Part shown: piece by piece, positions 8,053-16,116 of the stretch
Layout of the letters: each line of letters opens with the position of its first letter
Position numbering within the stretch: position 1 is the first letter of the stretch
Assembly (NCBI GenBank): GCA_964460605.1
Contig: CAYWPT010000002.1
Location: forward strand, 1-62,434
From: an uncultured Methanosarcinales archaeon
GTDB lineage: Archaea > Nanobdellota > Nanobdellia > Woesearchaeales > GW2011-AR9
Reading direction: 5' to 3'
Length of the DNA stretch: 62,434 nucleotides
Notes under the pieces: generated by a model
The model's input: only the letters and a program-made list of their open reading frames with translations
What the model was told of the DNA's origin: nothing
Databases searched by the model: none
Position numbers and translations under genes: made by a program

Positions 8053-8853
8053 AGAATGTCTAAATAGGTGTGGGTGTATTTTCTTATTGAGTTTTGCTCT
8101 TTTTCCAGCACTAATAAGTACTTTTCTTATAGCTGAATAACTAATCGGCTTATCCTTATTTTTGCCAGATGTATGAACCCAAAGGGTAGCCTCTCTATCT
8201 TTACCAAACGGATGATTGTTTAACCAATTAGTGAGGTATGGTACACTCCAGATTAATCTAACTGTCCTTGAACCGGTTTTACCATGTACAGAAAGCAAAA
8301 CTCCATATTCATCAAAATGGACATTTTTAATGAGCAAGTTTCCTAATTCACTTACTCTAGCTCCAGATTCTGCAAGAGTTGCTATAATCGCCTTATCTCT
8401 ACTATGGTCTGTAGATTTAATCAAGGACTTAATTTCTTCTTGTGTGATCATATCTCCAATTTGTTTAGTTTTTGATTCTGATCTACTAATCCTAATACAG
8501 ATCCAATCTGCAATAGATGGAACATTATTCTCTTCTGCAATCCATTGAAAGAACTTACGTATAATCACTTTGTACGTTTGTTTAGTCCAAGAAGTAAATT
8601 CGCTTTGTTGAAGGTTGCTGATATATTTCTTTAGCTTACTCTCTTTTAGCTTGGTTATATCATCTTCTTTAAGTTCTTCAATAACAATTATTAGGTATTG
8701 GAGATATCTTATAATTCTTGACTTTGAAAGACTTTTTAGAACTAAGTTGTCCTTAAATGTCATTAGAATCTCTTTATTTTTCTCTGATATCTCAGACTTT
8801 TTTATTCTTGCAAGTGTTTGTTCCAACTTTTTATCGTAGTTGTGAATTCCCAT
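7900..8853 (-). CDS. tyrosine recombinase / integrase (XerC/D-like)
   Basis: Catalytic motifs present: ESGARVSEL, HGKTGSRTV, HPHLFRHSLAS and GWIQGSKMAATYVHM. The start is set at Met39 (ATG 8853), which is preceded by GGAGGATATACT. The gene is adjacent to the tRNA-Ser 3' end. Confidence 0.85.
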   Translation of the reverse strand: MGIHNYDKKLEQTLARIKKSEISEKNKEILMTFKDNLVLKSLSKSRIIRYLQYLIIVIEELKEDDITKLKESKLKKYISNLQQSEFTSWTKQTYKVIIRKFFQWIAEENNVPSIADWICIRISRSESKTKQIGDMITQEEIKSLIKSTDHSRDKAIIATLAESGARVSELGNLLIKNVHFDEYGVLLSVHGKTGSRTVRLIWSVPYLTNWLNNHPFGKDREATLWVHTSGKNKDKPISYSAIRKVLISAGKRAKLNKKIHPHLFRHSLASYYAGFLTEFQMNQFFGWIQGSKMAATYVHMNGKNVDDAQKQCWCSYR

Positions 8854-9017
8854 AGTATATCCTCCAAGAAATAGACTATTTAAACCTCTGGGCCCTCTTA
8901 TGACCCATGGATTTTGGACTTGGACTAATTCACAACTCCTTGTTGCGGCGCTTATTCTTTGGTGCAAGTCCGCACCTCAAAAACAGGGCCAAATTCAACA
9001 CCGGCGTTTAACTAAGT

Positions 9018-9034
9018 AGAAAGCGCCAACGCCC
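9018..9034. repeat. attR-like direct repeat overlapping the tRNA-Ser 3' end
   Basis: agaaagcgccaacgccc is identical to 1679-1695. Confidence 0.6.
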
Positions 9035-9188
9035 GGATTTGAACCGGGATATCCAAAGGAAACTGGTTAACTCGACTTGCGTCGTGGACTTGCCATGAGC
9101 AAGTTTCAAGACCAGCGCAATATTCTCCGGCGCAGCTGGAGAGTTCAGTAGCTCTCTGCTACTCGCCACCAGATTATGCGACGTTGGC
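9024..9188 (-). tRNA. tRNA-Ser(UGA) with two intervening sequences
   Basis: Acceptor stem GCCAACG/CGTTGGC. T arm CCCGG-TTCAAAT-CCGGG. Anticodon arm CTGGT-CTTGAA[about 36 nt]A-ACCAG. Variable arm TCC-TTT-GGA. D stem GCA/TGC, with about 43 extra nt in the D loop. The 165-nt genomic length compares with about 85 nt expected for the mature tRNA. No CCA is encoded. Confidence 0.75.
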
Positions 9189-9233
9189 AAACTTAAATAA
9201 AAAATAAAGAACTTATTTATAAAGATTTAGCCA

Positions 9234-11123
9234 TTATTTCAACCTAATGGTCTCAAGATTCTTTGGGGCAATAGTCTCAATTCTAAACTGTTTATGTATT
9301 GATGAAGCTAAATCTAAACATCGTGAAGCTTCACCGTGCTGTACAATTACACGTCTAGGCTGTGGATTACATCTTTTTACATAGTTTATTAATTGCCTAC
9401 GATCAGAATGGTTAGTAATCTCAACTTTATGTACTTGTAAGTTAATGTTCATCGCTTGCATTTTACCATTTTCTCTAAATTGAATTTGTTTCTCCCCTTC
9501 TCTAATACGATGACCAAGACTACCTTTCGGCTGATAACATGAGAAGATCAAAGAATGTTTTTTACCTTCAGCAAAACCTTTCAAGTATTCAACTGATGGT
9601 CCACCAGTAAGCATACCTGAGGTTGCAAGAACTAAACAAGGTCCTTCAGAGGAAATAACCTCTTTACGTTCTTTATTAGATCCAACCCTGGTAAAAATTT
9701 CACTTAAGAAAGGATTGTTTTCTTTCTTAAAAATTTGATTTCTAATATTTCTATTAAGATATTCTGGATAAGCTGTATGAATCGCTGTAATATCCCATAA
9801 CATTCCATCAATGTATACAGGTACTTTTGGAATTTTACCTTCGCGCATTAAACGCTCACAAGTGATCATCATCTCTTGCGCACGACCTGAACCTAGTACT
9901 GGCATTAAAACCTTACCACCACGCTCAAAAGTATCTTTGATAACTTGCGCTGTGTATTCATCTGCTTCTTGCTCAGCCATTACATTACTTCTCCCACCAT
10001 AAGTACTCTCAACAATAAGAGTCTCTACTCGTGGAAATTGTGTGTTAGCTGGCTCGAGTACATTTGTTTTACCATACTTCATATCTGCAGTGTAAACTAA
10101 GTTATGTAATCCATTTCCAATATTAAGGTGAGTAATACAACTTCCTAAGATGTGTCCACTATTATAGAATGTAAGACGAACATCAGGTGTAATATCTGTT
10201 ACGGTATCCCAATCAATACAAACTGCGTGTAAAACAAAGTTCTTTACATCTTCACTAGTATAAATTGGATCTTTACCTTCGTTTCTTTGAATTTTAGCCA
10301 TATCTAATTGTAACAGAGCACTAACATCTCTTGTAGGTGCTGTACAATATACTGGTCCTTTGTATCCATACTTGAATAAGTAAGGAACGAGCCCACTATG
10401 GTCTAAATGTGAATGTGATAAAATCACTGCATCAATTTCTGAGATATTAAACTCAGGAGCATCCAAGAATGGATAAGATTCTGAACCATCTTGACTCGGA
10501 TCAATACCACAATCCATTATGATACGTGATTCAGGAGTTTGTAATAATAAACATGATCTTCCTACTTGGCGCGCAGCTCCTAAAAAGCTTAAGCGTACCC
10601 ATTGGTGTTTTTTAGATCTTGTCCAACCATCGTATACTCTGTGTCCAGCTTTTGCTAAGAACTTTTTACGATAATCAGCATTTTCATAGAGTACTGATCG
10701 AATACTCTCAATTAATTTTGATTTAATTGGCGGGTTTCTTTTAACTAATGGTACCCACATAGTTTGTTTCTTTAATTCTCTTAATAACTCGCCTCTTTTA
10801 CCAATGATTAATCCTGGTTTATCAGCATGAATAATAACTTGTGACCTTGGTGGATCAAAAATAAGATCTTCAACACCAGCTTCTTTTGGGATTAATTCTC
10901 TGATTGTAGCTTCTGCTTTTTCTTGTACCATACAAAGGCTAGGGTCTGGACGAAGCTCAATTCTTTTCTTGAAGTTTTTTACTGCATCTTTGATAGTTCC
11001 TTTATTATCAAGGAAGAAATCTTTATCTTTAGTATAAAGGACGATGTTTGCTGCTTCAAATGTAGCTTCTGCTACCTTCCCTTCCGGGAGAATTTTTACA
11101 ATTTCTTTTAGAATGTCTGCCAT
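9234..11123 (-). CDS. aCPSF1-type beta-CASP ribonuclease (KH domains + metallo-beta-lactamase; archaeal termination factor family)
   Basis: N-terminal KH-like region, an HSHLDHSG metallo-beta-lactamase motif and a beta-CASP C-terminal region (ITNHSDRRQL). The start is chosen at ATG 11123 (MADILKEI), which has an upstream GGAG; the tracked start is a TTG. Confidence 0.85.
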   Translation of the reverse strand: MADILKEIVKILPEGKVAEATFEAANIVLYTKDKDFFLDNKGTIKDAVKNFKKRIELRPDPSLCMVQEKAEATIRELIPKEAGVEDLIFDPPRSQVIIHADKPGLIIGKRGELLRELKKQTMWVPLVKRNPPIKSKLIESIRSVLYENADYRKKFLAKAGHRVYDGWTRSKKHQWVRLSFLGAARQVGRSCLLLQTPESRIIMDCGIDPSQDGSESYPFLDAPEFNISEIDAVILSHSHLDHSGLVPYLFKYGYKGPVYCTAPTRDVSALLQLDMAKIQRNEGKDPIYTSEDVKNFVLHAVCIDWDTVTDITPDVRLTFYNSGHILGSCITHLNIGNGLHNLVYTADMKYGKTNVLEPANTQFPRVETLIVESTYGGRSNVMAEQEADEYTAQVIKDTFERGGKVLMPVLGSGRAQEMMITCERLMREGKIPKVPVYIDGMLWDITAIHTAYPEYLNRNIRNQIFKKENNPFLSEIFTRVGSNKERKEVISSEGPCLVLATSGMLTGGPSVEYLKGFAEGKKHSLIFSCYQPKGSLGHRIREGEKQIQFRENGKMQAMNINLQVHKVEITNHSDRRQLINYVKRCNPQPRRVIVQHGEASRCLDLASSIHKQFRIETIAPKNLETIRLK

Positions 11124-11298
11124 TTTATCGGTTTTCTCCATAAAGTGCAGGCTCAAAAATTTTCAATTTTTTTATGTCTGCCATTTTATTTAATGTAATT
11201 AAATTTTCTTAGAACTCGATGAACTATATCTTCGTAATTTGTTTTACTACCCCACATAATTAATTTTAAAAAAATAAATATAAACTTCTAAGAATGTT

Positions 11299-11931
11299 CT
11301 ATAAGCTATAAACCAGCTCCTTTTTTAAAACTTTCTCTACTTTTTCAGAAGTAACAACTGCAATTTCAATCCCGTTTCCTGATGCACTATCTCTTTGTAG
11401 TGCAGCATTTACAGCTTTAAGAGCAAGTTCTTTTCCTTCTTCAATACTTAAGTTTGCATTCCAGTGGCTTTCTAATACACCATAAGCAAATACTGAACCT
11501 GATCCTGAACTTACATAATCTGGAATTCTAGTAACGCTTCCGTCTGGGAATAAATCGTAAAGATGTGAACCTGTATCATCTTTTCCACCCATTATAAAGT
11601 GAGCTACTGCTGGGAACATTGACATTCTTCTCAATGTGCTATAGAGTAATCCACCCAATAGGTTAGCTGATTCTTTGATGGTAGGCATCTTTTTTGTTCG
11701 TACTTCTTTTAATTTTAATTCTGCACGAATAAGTTTAATTAATAATTGTGCTTCAGAGACAGAACCTGCGATAGTTACTGCTACATTATCATTGATAATA
11801 TGTAATTTTTCAGCCCTTTTATCCACGATCATATGACCTGCTGTTGCTCTTGTATCTGTTGCAAGTACAACGCCACCTTTACATACAATACCTAAAGTTG
11901 TAGTCCCTGTTTTTAACATTTTAGTTTCCAT
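11299..11931 (-). CDS. psmB: proteasome beta subunit
   Basis: LKTG/TTTLGIVCKGGVVLATDTRAT shows the propeptide cleavage site and the active-site Thr. Typical 20S beta length. Confidence 0.9.
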   Translation of the reverse strand: METKMLKTGTTTLGIVCKGGVVLATDTRATAGHMIVDKRAEKLHIINDNVAVTIAGSVSEAQLLIKLIRAELKLKEVRTKKMPTIKESANLLGGLLYSTLRRMSMFPAVAHFIMGGKDDTGSHLYDLFPDGSVTRIPDYVSSGSGSVFAYGVLESHWNANLSIEEGKELALKAVNAALQRDSASGNGIEIAVVTSEKVEKVLKKELVYSL

Positions 11932-12133
11932 ATATAACACCTGTATAATTTTGAGATAGAATAGTAGTTATCCTCACCAATTGAAAAGGAGAGGAATTAT
12001 ACTTTTAAAGCTTTCGGAACTTCAAAAGTAACTCTAGGCAATGATTAAACAAAATAATCATTGCTCACGTCGTCTTTTTCCTGGGGTGAAGAAAGTTTAT
12101 ATTCTAATTGGTATATCATATAATTACCCATAT

Positions 12134-12415
12134 CGGGAGGCATAGCTTAGCTCCCTGTGAGCATTAAGCGCCCTCCAAGTGAGAGGCCATCGAAAGATAA
12201 CAGCTCCCCTACCGGTGTGGGCCTTTTCTACAGCAATATTTATAAGGAGATTAGGATTTTTCTCATTGTTCAACTTGGGCATAGCTCAGCCCTGCATTTA
12301 TTTGCACACCGAAAGCTTATGGTTTTTTGTGTCGTGGCATCTTATCCTCCTTTGTGGGAGGCCAAACGGATACTATAGCTCACCTGAGTTGGACGCCTTT
12401 GAAAAATATAGTTAA
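12134..12415 (+). ncRNA. structured ncRNA candidate (class unresolved; weak SRP helix-8-like motif)
   Basis: A GC-rich block of about 280 nt in AT-rich intergenic DNA. Several stems are visible: GGGAG..CTCCC (12136-12155), GGGC..GCCC (12277-12292) and CCTCC..GGAGG (12346-12361). It also has two GAAA-capped hairpins, including AGGCCATC-GAAA-GATAACAGC. The overlapping tracked ORFs look spurious. Confidence 0.35.
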
Positions 12416-12476
12416 CTAGTGTGCTTGAACAAAGTGAAACACACACTTTTTAATCAAATTTTTGGAGAAAAAATTT

Positions 12477-12549
12477 GCCTCAGTAGCTCAGTGGCTAGAG
12501 CACTTGACTTGTAATCAAGAGGTCGGGAGTTCAAATCTCCCCTGGGGCT
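12477..12549 (+). tRNA. tRNA-Thr(UGU)
   Basis: Full cloverleaf: GCCTCAG-TA-GCTC-AGTGGCTA-GAGC-A-CTTGA-CTTGTAA-TCAAG-AGGTC-GGGAG-TTCAAAT-CTCCC-CTGGGGC-T. Length 73 nt, no intron. Confidence 0.9.
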
Positions 12550-12595
12550 CTTTTCTTTCATAAACTGATTAAACAAACCATTAAATTATTTTTCT

Positions 12596-13006
12596 ATGAG
12601 ATATTTTTTACCTGGGACAGATTATAAAACACCTGATACTTTAGATATCTTTTATGGTAGCAAGGGTATGCTAGATGAGGGAATGACAACTAATGCAGAT
12701 GAATTTGCAGCTGGAAGAGCACCCGTTGGTGTTTTAGAGCGAGCAACTATGTCTTGGACTAGGTTTCCCGATGGAGAAAGAACTACAATAGATGATTGGT
12801 ATAATCCTAAAGAGTTAGGTGGTGATTTATTATCACTTGTTATGTCTACAGATAGTTTAGAAAGATCAGGCTTAGAAAAAAGAAGAACACCTTGCTATTT
12901 AACAGAATTAGGGAATTACCACACAATCCATGCAGCAACTGTAGAACAAGCACAAATGTTTTTAGATAAACATTACAAAGATTCTGGATTTAGAATTGAT
13001 TTTTAA
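12596..13006 (+). CDS. hypothetical protein
   Basis: 136-aa ORF with no motif I recognise. Confidence 0.45.
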   Translation: MRYFLPGTDYKTPDTLDIFYGSKGMLDEGMTTNADEFAAGRAPVGVLERATMSWTRFPDGERTTIDDWYNPKELGGDLLSLVMSTDSLERSGLEKRRTPCYLTELGNYHTIHAATVEQAQMFLDKHYKDSGFRIDF

Positions 13007-13548
13007 TTTTTCCATTCTTTTCGCAACATTCCAAATTTAATCAGATTTTGCCATTTCCCATCTCTAAAATGAGCATTACGTGCAACACCTTCTTCAACAA
13101 AGCCTAAGTTACGAATAATTTTTCCAGAACCAATATTTTCTTCAACATAACAGACACTTATTCTATGCATCTTTTTCTCAACAAATCCAAAATTAACAAC
13201 AGCTTTTACAACCTTGCTCATAATACCTTTACGCCAATATTTACGACCAAGCCAATAACCTAAATCACTATAATGCTCTTTACCTTTCTTGTATACATTA
13301 TCAAGCCCACAAATACCAACAACTTTTCCATCAACTACAATAGCAAAACGATAAGCAGAACCTTTCTTCCATTGTTTAAGAGAATCATCAACAAACCACT
13401 TAGCATCTTTCAAAGTATATGGGCTAGGTAATCTTTCTAAGTACATTGCTACCTTTTTATCATTAGCATGTTTAGCTAAACTTTTTTCATCGCCTTTTTT
13501 CAAAGGCCGTATATAGAAATCGCCAAAATTAATCTTCATAAATCTCAT
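13003..13548 (-). CDS. GNAT family N-acetyltransferase (RimJ/RimL-like)
   Basis: IRPLKKGD, then a GYWLGRKYWRKGIMSK acetyl-CoA-binding-type motif. 181 aa. Confidence 0.75.
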   Translation of the reverse strand: MRFMKINFGDFYIRPLKKGDEKSLAKHANDKKVAMYLERLPSPYTLKDAKWFVDDSLKQWKKGSAYRFAIVVDGKVVGICGLDNVYKKGKEHYSDLGYWLGRKYWRKGIMSKVVKAVVNFGFVEKKMHRISVCYVEENIGSGKIIRNLGFVEEGVARNAHFRDGKWQNLIKFGMLRKEWKN

Positions 13549-14222
13549 TTCTCCCTATGGTGGCTAGGCCAAGCAGAACTTGGATAGAATGATTTTGTTT
13601 CTTCGTAAGGTAGATACCTTTTTAATTTGAACCACTGCTTGATAAAATTTTGGAAAACATAAACTTCTCGATACAATTCCCTTTTTCTTTGATCGATGGT
13701 ACTTTTGTAAATACGCTTGTTAAAAATATCTTGAATTGGTTTGAACCATCTTTTTCCACCTAATTCGCTTTTATATTTTTCTTCGATATAAGCGACCATT
13801 TCCATACCAATTTCTCCTTTATTTGCTTTGATTTTATTACCATCTCTAATAATCTCTGTATTTCCTAAAGCGATAATCTGTACGTTAAAATCAAAATGAT
13901 AATGGAGCATACTCCCATCTGGTGCAGGTTTTTGTAATCTCCAATAGTAAGTGATGTTTTTTACTCCTCCTGGAAGATGTTGTTCGAAATAATGTGTTTC
14001 ATACGCTTCATTGTATGTGTGCGCATCATCATCAGGACTCCCTGTTGTTGCATACCAGCCATATTCACGTAAAAAATAGAAACAAGCTTCATAAAATGCA
14101 CTTAAATCAAAGATATCTTTGTACTTTAATTTAATTGGAGCATCTGGTACTTTAATGAGATTTTTTGTTTTTCTAGCTGGCACATGATTTACGAAGAATT
14201 TTTTGTATATAAAGTTTCGCAA
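13545..14222 (-). CDS. hypothetical protein
   Basis: 225-aa ORF whose stop overlaps the GNAT start by 4 nt (operon). No recognised motif. Confidence 0.5.
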   Translation of the reverse strand: MRNFIYKKFFVNHVPARKTKNLIKVPDAPIKLKYKDIFDLSAFYEACFYFLREYGWYATTGSPDDDAHTYNEAYETHYFEQHLPGGVKNITYYWRLQKPAPDGSMLHYHFDFNVQIIALGNTEIIRDGNKIKANKGEIGMEMVAYIEEKYKSELGGKRWFKPIQDIFNKRIYKSTIDQRKRELYREVYVFQNFIKQWFKLKRYLPYEETKSFYPSSAWPSHHREK

Positions 14223-14285
14223 AAAGAGCTTATTTTTGTGAACGTAAAAAAAGTATGCTTTTTTGTAAATCTTAAGCAGTAAGAA

Positions 14286-14861
14286 CTAAAATTTAAGCTT
14301 CTTTTTCCACCAGAGATAAAATATAAATGCTGTTCCCAAAGCCATATCAAGAACAGACCTCCGAATTAAAGTAATTAATTCTAATTTATTTCTAATTTCT
14401 AACTGTCCGTATTTAGGCATGTACTCTAATCCATAAATAGAAAAGTACGTCTGCCATGGCCATAACCAAGGTGTTCCTGGATGCATTAAGCTATCTAAGA
14501 AAATGTGGATAAACATTCCTGCAACTAAAGCAAAACTATAACGATAGGCGTGTTTATTTTTAATAAAATAAAATATCAAATAAACAATTATTCCAGCAAG
14601 AAGTACAGCTAGAAAACTATGACTATATGTCCTGTGCAAGTGAATATCAAATATCTTATCCACAACATAATCTGCATCTGGCAAAATACCACCTAAAATA
14701 AGAAAAAACCATGAATAATGTCCTAAAGGAACATCTCTTACTTTTTCAGCAAATTTCCCGAAAAGCCAGGTTCCTACAATGTGTCCAGATGCAAATGGCA
14801 TAGAAGGAAAAGCAAGCATTTTACTTTTAATACTTATGTAATATAGTGCAAATTTGTGCAA
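14286..14861 (-). CDS. membrane-bound metal-dependent hydrolase (YdjM/DUF457-like)
   Basis: Multi-TM protein with H..G, DADY and HRTYSHS motifs typical of the family. Confidence 0.6.
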   Translation of the reverse strand: MHKFALYYISIKSKMLAFPSMPFASGHIVGTWLFGKFAEKVRDVPLGHYSWFFLILGGILPDADYVVDKIFDIHLHRTYSHSFLAVLLAGIIVYLIFYFIKNKHAYRYSFALVAGMFIHIFLDSLMHPGTPWLWPWQTYFSIYGLEYMPKYGQLEIRNKLELITLIRRSVLDMALGTAFIFYLWWKKKLKF

Positions 14862-14870
14862 TATTTATAA

Positions 14871-16094
14871 ATGAGCTCTTTCCCCAAACTTTCTATGCAA
14901 ATTGGAGTAGTAGGAAAACCAAATGTAGGAAAAAGCACTTTTTTCAAAGCAGCAACCTTAGCTGAAGTAGAGATAGCTAATTATCCCTTCGCTACAATCA
15001 AACCAAATGTTGGTGTAGGTTATGTAAAAAAGGAAGACCCTGCTAAACAATTTGACAAAAAATCAAACCCAAGAGATGGTTACGTGCTAGGGGACTACAG
15101 ATTTATTCCTGTACAAATGATTGATGTAGCTGGCCTTGTTCCTGGTGCTTACGAAGGAAAAGGTATGGGGAACCAATTCTTAGATGACTTAAGACAAGCA
15201 GACGTTCTTATCCATGTTATTGATGTTTCAGGTTCAACAAACGAAAAAGGAGAATCAGTTGATCCAAACACTTACGATCCAGCAGAAGATATCAAATTCT
15301 TAAAAACAGAATTGGACATGTGGTACTTAGGAATTCTAAGCAAAGGTTGGACAAAATTCGCTAGAACTGTGCAACAAGAGAAACAAAAAATTGCAGTAGC
15401 TTTAGGAAAACAACTCTCTGGACTTATGGTAACTGAAGAAATTGTTGAAGATGCTATTCGAAAATTAAACCTGAGCGAAGAAAATCCTAACTCTTGGACA
15501 GAAGAAAATCTTAAACAATTAGCAACTCAATTAAGGTTAGTGACCAAACCTATGGTTATCGCTTGTAATAAAGTAGATATGCCTGGCGCTTGGGAAAATT
15601 TTCAAAGACTAAAATCTGAATTTCCCGACGAACTTTTAATCCCTACAAGTGCAGATGCAGAATTAGCACTCAGAGAAGCAGGAAAACACAACTTGATTGA
15701 ATATATTTCAGGAGAGAAGACTTTTAATATCAAAGAATCAGAAAAATTAAACGAAAAACAGCTTACAGCTTTAAATTTCATTAAAGAAAACGTGCTTGAA
15801 AAATTTCCTGAAGGAACTGGAGTACAAGCAACATTAAACGCAGCTGTATTTGATAAGCTTAAATGCATTGCAATTTATCCGGGTGGGGAAAAGTTGGCTG
15901 ATAAAGATGGTAATGTAATCCCTGATTGTTTTATTATGCCTGAAGGGAGTACAGCCTTACAATTTGCTTACAAATTACACACAGATTTGGGAAAAAATTT
16001 CATTAGAGCTAAAGATATCAAAACAAAGCAAACTGTAGGTAAAGAACATAAGCTCAAAGATCAAGATATAGTAGAAATCGTTGCAGGAAAATAA
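14871..16094 (+). CDS. Obg-family GTPase (YchF/OLA1-like) with a C-terminal TGS domain
   Basis: G1 motif GKPNVGKST, then YPFATIKPNVG, DVAGLV and NKVD. TGS-like C-terminus (EGSTALQFAYKLHTDLGKNFIRA). Confidence 0.85.
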   Translation: MSSFPKLSMQIGVVGKPNVGKSTFFKAATLAEVEIANYPFATIKPNVGVGYVKKEDPAKQFDKKSNPRDGYVLGDYRFIPVQMIDVAGLVPGAYEGKGMGNQFLDDLRQADVLIHVIDVSGSTNEKGESVDPNTYDPAEDIKFLKTELDMWYLGILSKGWTKFARTVQQEKQKIAVALGKQLSGLMVTEEIVEDAIRKLNLSEENPNSWTEENLKQLATQLRLVTKPMVIACNKVDMPGAWENFQRLKSEFPDELLIPTSADAELALREAGKHNLIEYISGEKTFNIKESEKLNEKQLTALNFIKENVLEKFPEGTGVQATLNAAVFDKLKCIAIYPGGEKLADKDGNVIPDCFIMPEGSTALQFAYKLHTDLGKNFIRAKDIKTKQTVGKEHKLKDQDIVEIVAGK

Positions 16095-16116
16095 AGAAAA
16101 AAGAAGGGGCGGACAG

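Larger units (their letters stand above)
1679..9034. mobile_element. integrated element (about 7.4 kb) at tRNA-Ser(UGA), carrying an integrase, T4SS-like membrane genes and a DGR
   Basis: A perfect 17-bp direct repeat sits at both ends, one copy overlapping the tRNA 3' end. The tyrosine integrase lies immediately next to the tRNA. The cargo is unrelated to the flanking housekeeping genes. Hand-counted 60-nt samples give 47-52 percent GC near VR versus 22 percent in a host sample at 16141-16200. Confidence 0.6.

Noticed and set aside
12157-12415. Two overlapping + strand ORFs (73 and 78 aa).
   Set aside because: They lie in a GC-rich block full of stem-loops next to a tRNA. They overlap each other in different frames and encode implausible sequences. 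They are better explained as a structured RNA locus.
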